Virus record (IMG/VR): IMGVR_UViG_3300023313_000243
Location: 1-42,851 of that record
Strand: one strand, 5' to 3'
Length of the DNA: 42,851 bases
DNA from: a virus
Lineage: Duplodnaviria > Caudoviricetes
This document shows positions 40,369 through 42,851 of the stretch, piece by piece (position 1 is the stretch's first letter; the number at the start of each line of letters is the position of its first letter). The position numbers and the translations under genes are program-made. The notes under the pieces are model-generated. The model had not been told where the DNA came from, searched no databases, and saw only the letters and a list, made by a program, of their open reading frames with translations.

Positions 40369-40657
40369 CTTTTGTTAGCCAAATCATTTTACCTAATTGT
40401 GGTTGAATATCATAATAAGCATGTCCCCAATATTTACCAATATTACTTTCGCCAATTTCTTGTAATTCAATAACTCCAGTAAGTTCGTTTAGTGCTAATT
40501 CATAAACAGTATTACTTTTTAAGAGATGTGCTCCCGATCTAATAAAAGTTCCCATAATTAAATCTGGAACTTCATTTTGAATTTCTTTTTTATCAAAATC
40601 ATTAATATTTCCTGAACCTGGTCTTGTTACAAATCTTGCTATTTCTGTTTTAAACAT
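40331..40657 (-). CDS. Hypothetical protein
   Basis: AAGGA RBS; protein-like composition. Confidence 0.75.
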   Translation of the reverse strand: MFKTEIARFVTRPGSGNINDFDKKEIQNEVPDLIMGTFIRSGAHLLKSNTVYELALNELTGVIELQEIGESNIGKYWGHAYYDIQPQLGKMIWLTKDEYKVAEENGTL

Positions 40658-40666
40658 ATTTTTTCC

Positions 40667-40846
40667 TTAAATTAAATATTCAACAAAATCATATTGAAAT
40701 TTTTTTAATTTCTTTTCAATATAATTTATTTTTTCTTTAAAATCTTTATCAGTTCTTAAACCATCAAAAAATTCATATCTTTTTTGGGATTCTTTAAGTT
40801 GTTCAAGTTGAGTTTTTAAGTCATTTTCTCTCTCTTTATAATCCAT
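40667..40846 (-). CDS. Unannotated 59-aa hypothetical protein
   Basis: Hand-translated MDYKEREND...YDFVEYLI*; AAGGA RBS. Confidence 0.7.
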   Translation of the reverse strand: MDYKERENDLKTQLEQLKESQKRYEFFDGLRTDKDFKEKINYIEKKLKKFQYDFVEYLI

Positions 40847-40865
40847 ATATTTTTTCCTTTATTTA

Positions 40866-42227
40866 TTATAATATAAGTGTCCTTAAATCTTGATAAAATT
40901 TCCATACTTTTTTATCCATATATTTTTTGAAAATAATAATATTATCTTCTTTAATTGCTTTTCTAATTAAAGTTCCAGAAATATTATTTCTTTTTATTTC
41001 AATTATTTTTAAATCTTTATTATTTTTAATTTGTCTTTTATAAGTTTCAACTCTATCACTTCCAGAATAAATAATATTAATATTATCTTGAATTTTATTA
41101 ATTATAGTAATAATATTTCCAGAAAACGAATAAATTATTTTTACTTTATTTCCATATATTTCTCTTATTAGTTTTTCTGAAATAAAATCTTTTTTAACTA
41201 TATTAATATAAACAGTATCTGTTTCTCTTAATGCTTTATCAATAATTACTTGATGACCTTTATGAAATGGTTTAAATTTTCCTATAATTAGTGAATTATT
41301 ATTTTCAGGTAATTTTGAAATAATAATCTTTTTTGCTGTAAGTTGAATATCATCTTTTATATTAATAATATTCTTTTTTATATGTTTAATATTTATATTA
41401 TATTTTTCAATTCTTTCTGAAAGTTCTGAAAGTGAACTTTCTAAATCTTTTATAAGAATAATTTTATTTACAATTTCTAAAGAAATTATTCTTATATTTT
41501 TCCAATAATTTTCTTCATATTCTTTATTTCCTCTATATTTATTTTTAATTTTTATTCTGGTTTCTTTACTATAATTATTTTTAATTTTTAATAATTCAAA
41601 TTCTTTACTTCTAATAATTATTCCCTCATCAATTCCCCCAAATTCAGATGGAATTTTAAGAAAATAATTTTTTATATCATCTATATTTTTAAATTTATTA
41701 ATTAATTTTCCTTTAAATAATACTTTGGGAGTTTTTATATTTAATAATTTAGCATATTCATCTCTTTTTTCTATTTGAAATTTATTAGGATTTGAAATAA
41801 GAATTCCATTTTTAACCTTTATTTCTGATTTAGAATAAGCAATAAGTATTAATTTATGTGAAATTAAATAATCTGAACAAAGAGTTGGTTTATTCATTAA
41901 AAATTCAATTAAAAATTCTGTATTAATTGGAATATTATTTGATTTAATATTTCTAAAATAATCTATAAAAAGTCTAAATTGACTTGAACCAATTGAATAT
42001 TTAATTATTTCGTTTTTATTATTATAATTAAATTCATTCTTAGTTAGAATATTTCCTTTATATGAAAATATCCAATCTGATATATCTCCATTATTAGCTA
42101 TTTTAATAACTGTTACCTTTATTCCATCATATTTTGCTTCAATTTCAACCTCTGAATTAATAAGTTTATTTAATTTTTCTTCCTTATTAATAACTTTCTC
42201 AATTGATTTAATACTAATATCAAGCAT
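40866..42227 (-). CDS. Ligase-type (KxDG) NTase domain fused to a HIGH-family cytidylyl/adenylyltransferase
   Basis: EAKYDG, EFL, EGIIIR, LLKIK; then GKFKPFHKGH, GSDR, ISGTLIR. Confidence 0.75.
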   Translation of the reverse strand: MLDISIKSIEKVINKEEKLNKLINSEVEIEAKYDGIKVTVIKIANNGDISDWIFSYKGNILTKNEFNYNNKNEIIKYSIGSSQFRLFIDYFRNIKSNNIPINTEFLIEFLMNKPTLCSDYLISHKLILIAYSKSEIKVKNGILISNPNKFQIEKRDEYAKLLNIKTPKVLFKGKLINKFKNIDDIKNYFLKIPSEFGGIDEGIIIRSKEFELLKIKNNYSKETRIKIKNKYRGNKEYEENYWKNIRIISLEIVNKIILIKDLESSLSELSERIEKYNINIKHIKKNIINIKDDIQLTAKKIIISKLPENNNSLIIGKFKPFHKGHQVIIDKALRETDTVYINIVKKDFISEKLIREIYGNKVKIIYSFSGNIITIINKIQDNINIIYSGSDRVETYKRQIKNNKDLKIIEIKRNNISGTLIRKAIKEDNIIIFKKYMDKKVWKFYQDLRTLIL

Positions 42228-42280
42228 AAAATTCCTTTTTGTTTATTATATTATATAAATAATTAAAAAGGGATTAAATA

Positions 42281-42463
42281 ATGATTTTAAAAAATAAAAA
42301 TGATTTTATCGAAAATTTAAAAAATAAAATGACAATGAGTTATGATAAGAAAAAAAGTAATATTAAAGATTCCTTAAAATATATATTACCCCAAAAATTA
42401 AAACATAATAAAATTTGTGGTGGTGATTATGCTATTACATATATGTCATCTAAAAGATATTAG
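42281..42463 (+). CDS. Small hypothetical protein
   Basis: AAGGGA RBS; TATAAATA at 42254-42261. Confidence 0.5.
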   Translation: MILKNKNDFIENLKNKMTMSYDKKKSNIKDSLKYILPQKLKHNKICGGDYAITYMSSKRY

Positions 42464-42679
42464 CGTTTAGTCGTTTGAGGTCGGCATATAAGAGGTTTAA
42501 ATATATCGAATGATATAAATATCAAGTATATAGTTAAGACTGCTTAGATTAGCTAGGATAATTAAGAAAGAATATATAATTCAAATAACCTAGAGGTCGT
42601 TTGAGGTCGGCGTATAAGAGGTTTAAATATATTGAATGATATAAATATCAAGTTGAATTAATTAACCTCTTAGATTAGC
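42461..42679. repeat. Dispersed ~90-bp hairpin element, copies 2 and 3 (126-bp spacing)
   Basis: GTCGTTTGAGGTCGGC.TATAAGAGGTTTAAAT...TGATATAAATATCAAGT...CTTAGATTAG at 42470 and 42596. Confidence 0.9.
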
Positions 42680-42851
42680 AGATATAAGGATTTAAAAGGT
42701 ATATCAATAGATTTATAGGATTAGGTTCAGAAGTCAAAAACTAAAACTGATCTAAGTAGTCTTATATCTAATTTTCAAAAAACTTGTAATTTTCTTCTAT
42801 ATACAAACTAAACCATGTTTTTGTTTTTTCTTAGTTTGAATATCAGATATA

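Noticed and set aside
40667-40846. C-terminal FVEYLI as a tenth PE-tail member
   Set aside because: Lacks the invariant Pro; not counted.

Overview
Very AT-rich (roughly 20% GC by eye), gene-dense segment of a large T4-superfamily myovirus-like phage. It encodes an intein-containing gp17-type terminase, a gp14-type neck protein, gp39/60- and gp52-type topoisomerase II subunits, ThyX, dCMP deaminase and an Rnl1-type RNA ligase, and has TATAAATA late promoters. The likely host is a Campylobacterota bacterium, inferred from an RpoD region-4-like peptide, promoter style and AT content. Both ends fall in non-coding repeat blocks. Main observations: (1) a plasmid-like module inside the phage, with ParM actin and a ParR-like gene divergent from an exonuclease-less PolA/T7-RNAP-superfamily polymerase, followed by 4x30-bp repeats, an (ATT)42 tract and 3.6x26-bp repeats; (2) nine mostly unrelated small proteins sharing a C-terminal PE(Y/F)(F/I)(L/I)-type tail; (3) a stand-alone sigma70 region-4 mimic next to possible SspB-like and ClpX-zinc-finger-like genes; (4) a broad tRNA-repair/translation-rescue gene set; (5) four DUF285 repeat paralogs; (6) a dispersed ~90-bp hairpin element. 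All calls come from motif recognition by eye; no searches were run.
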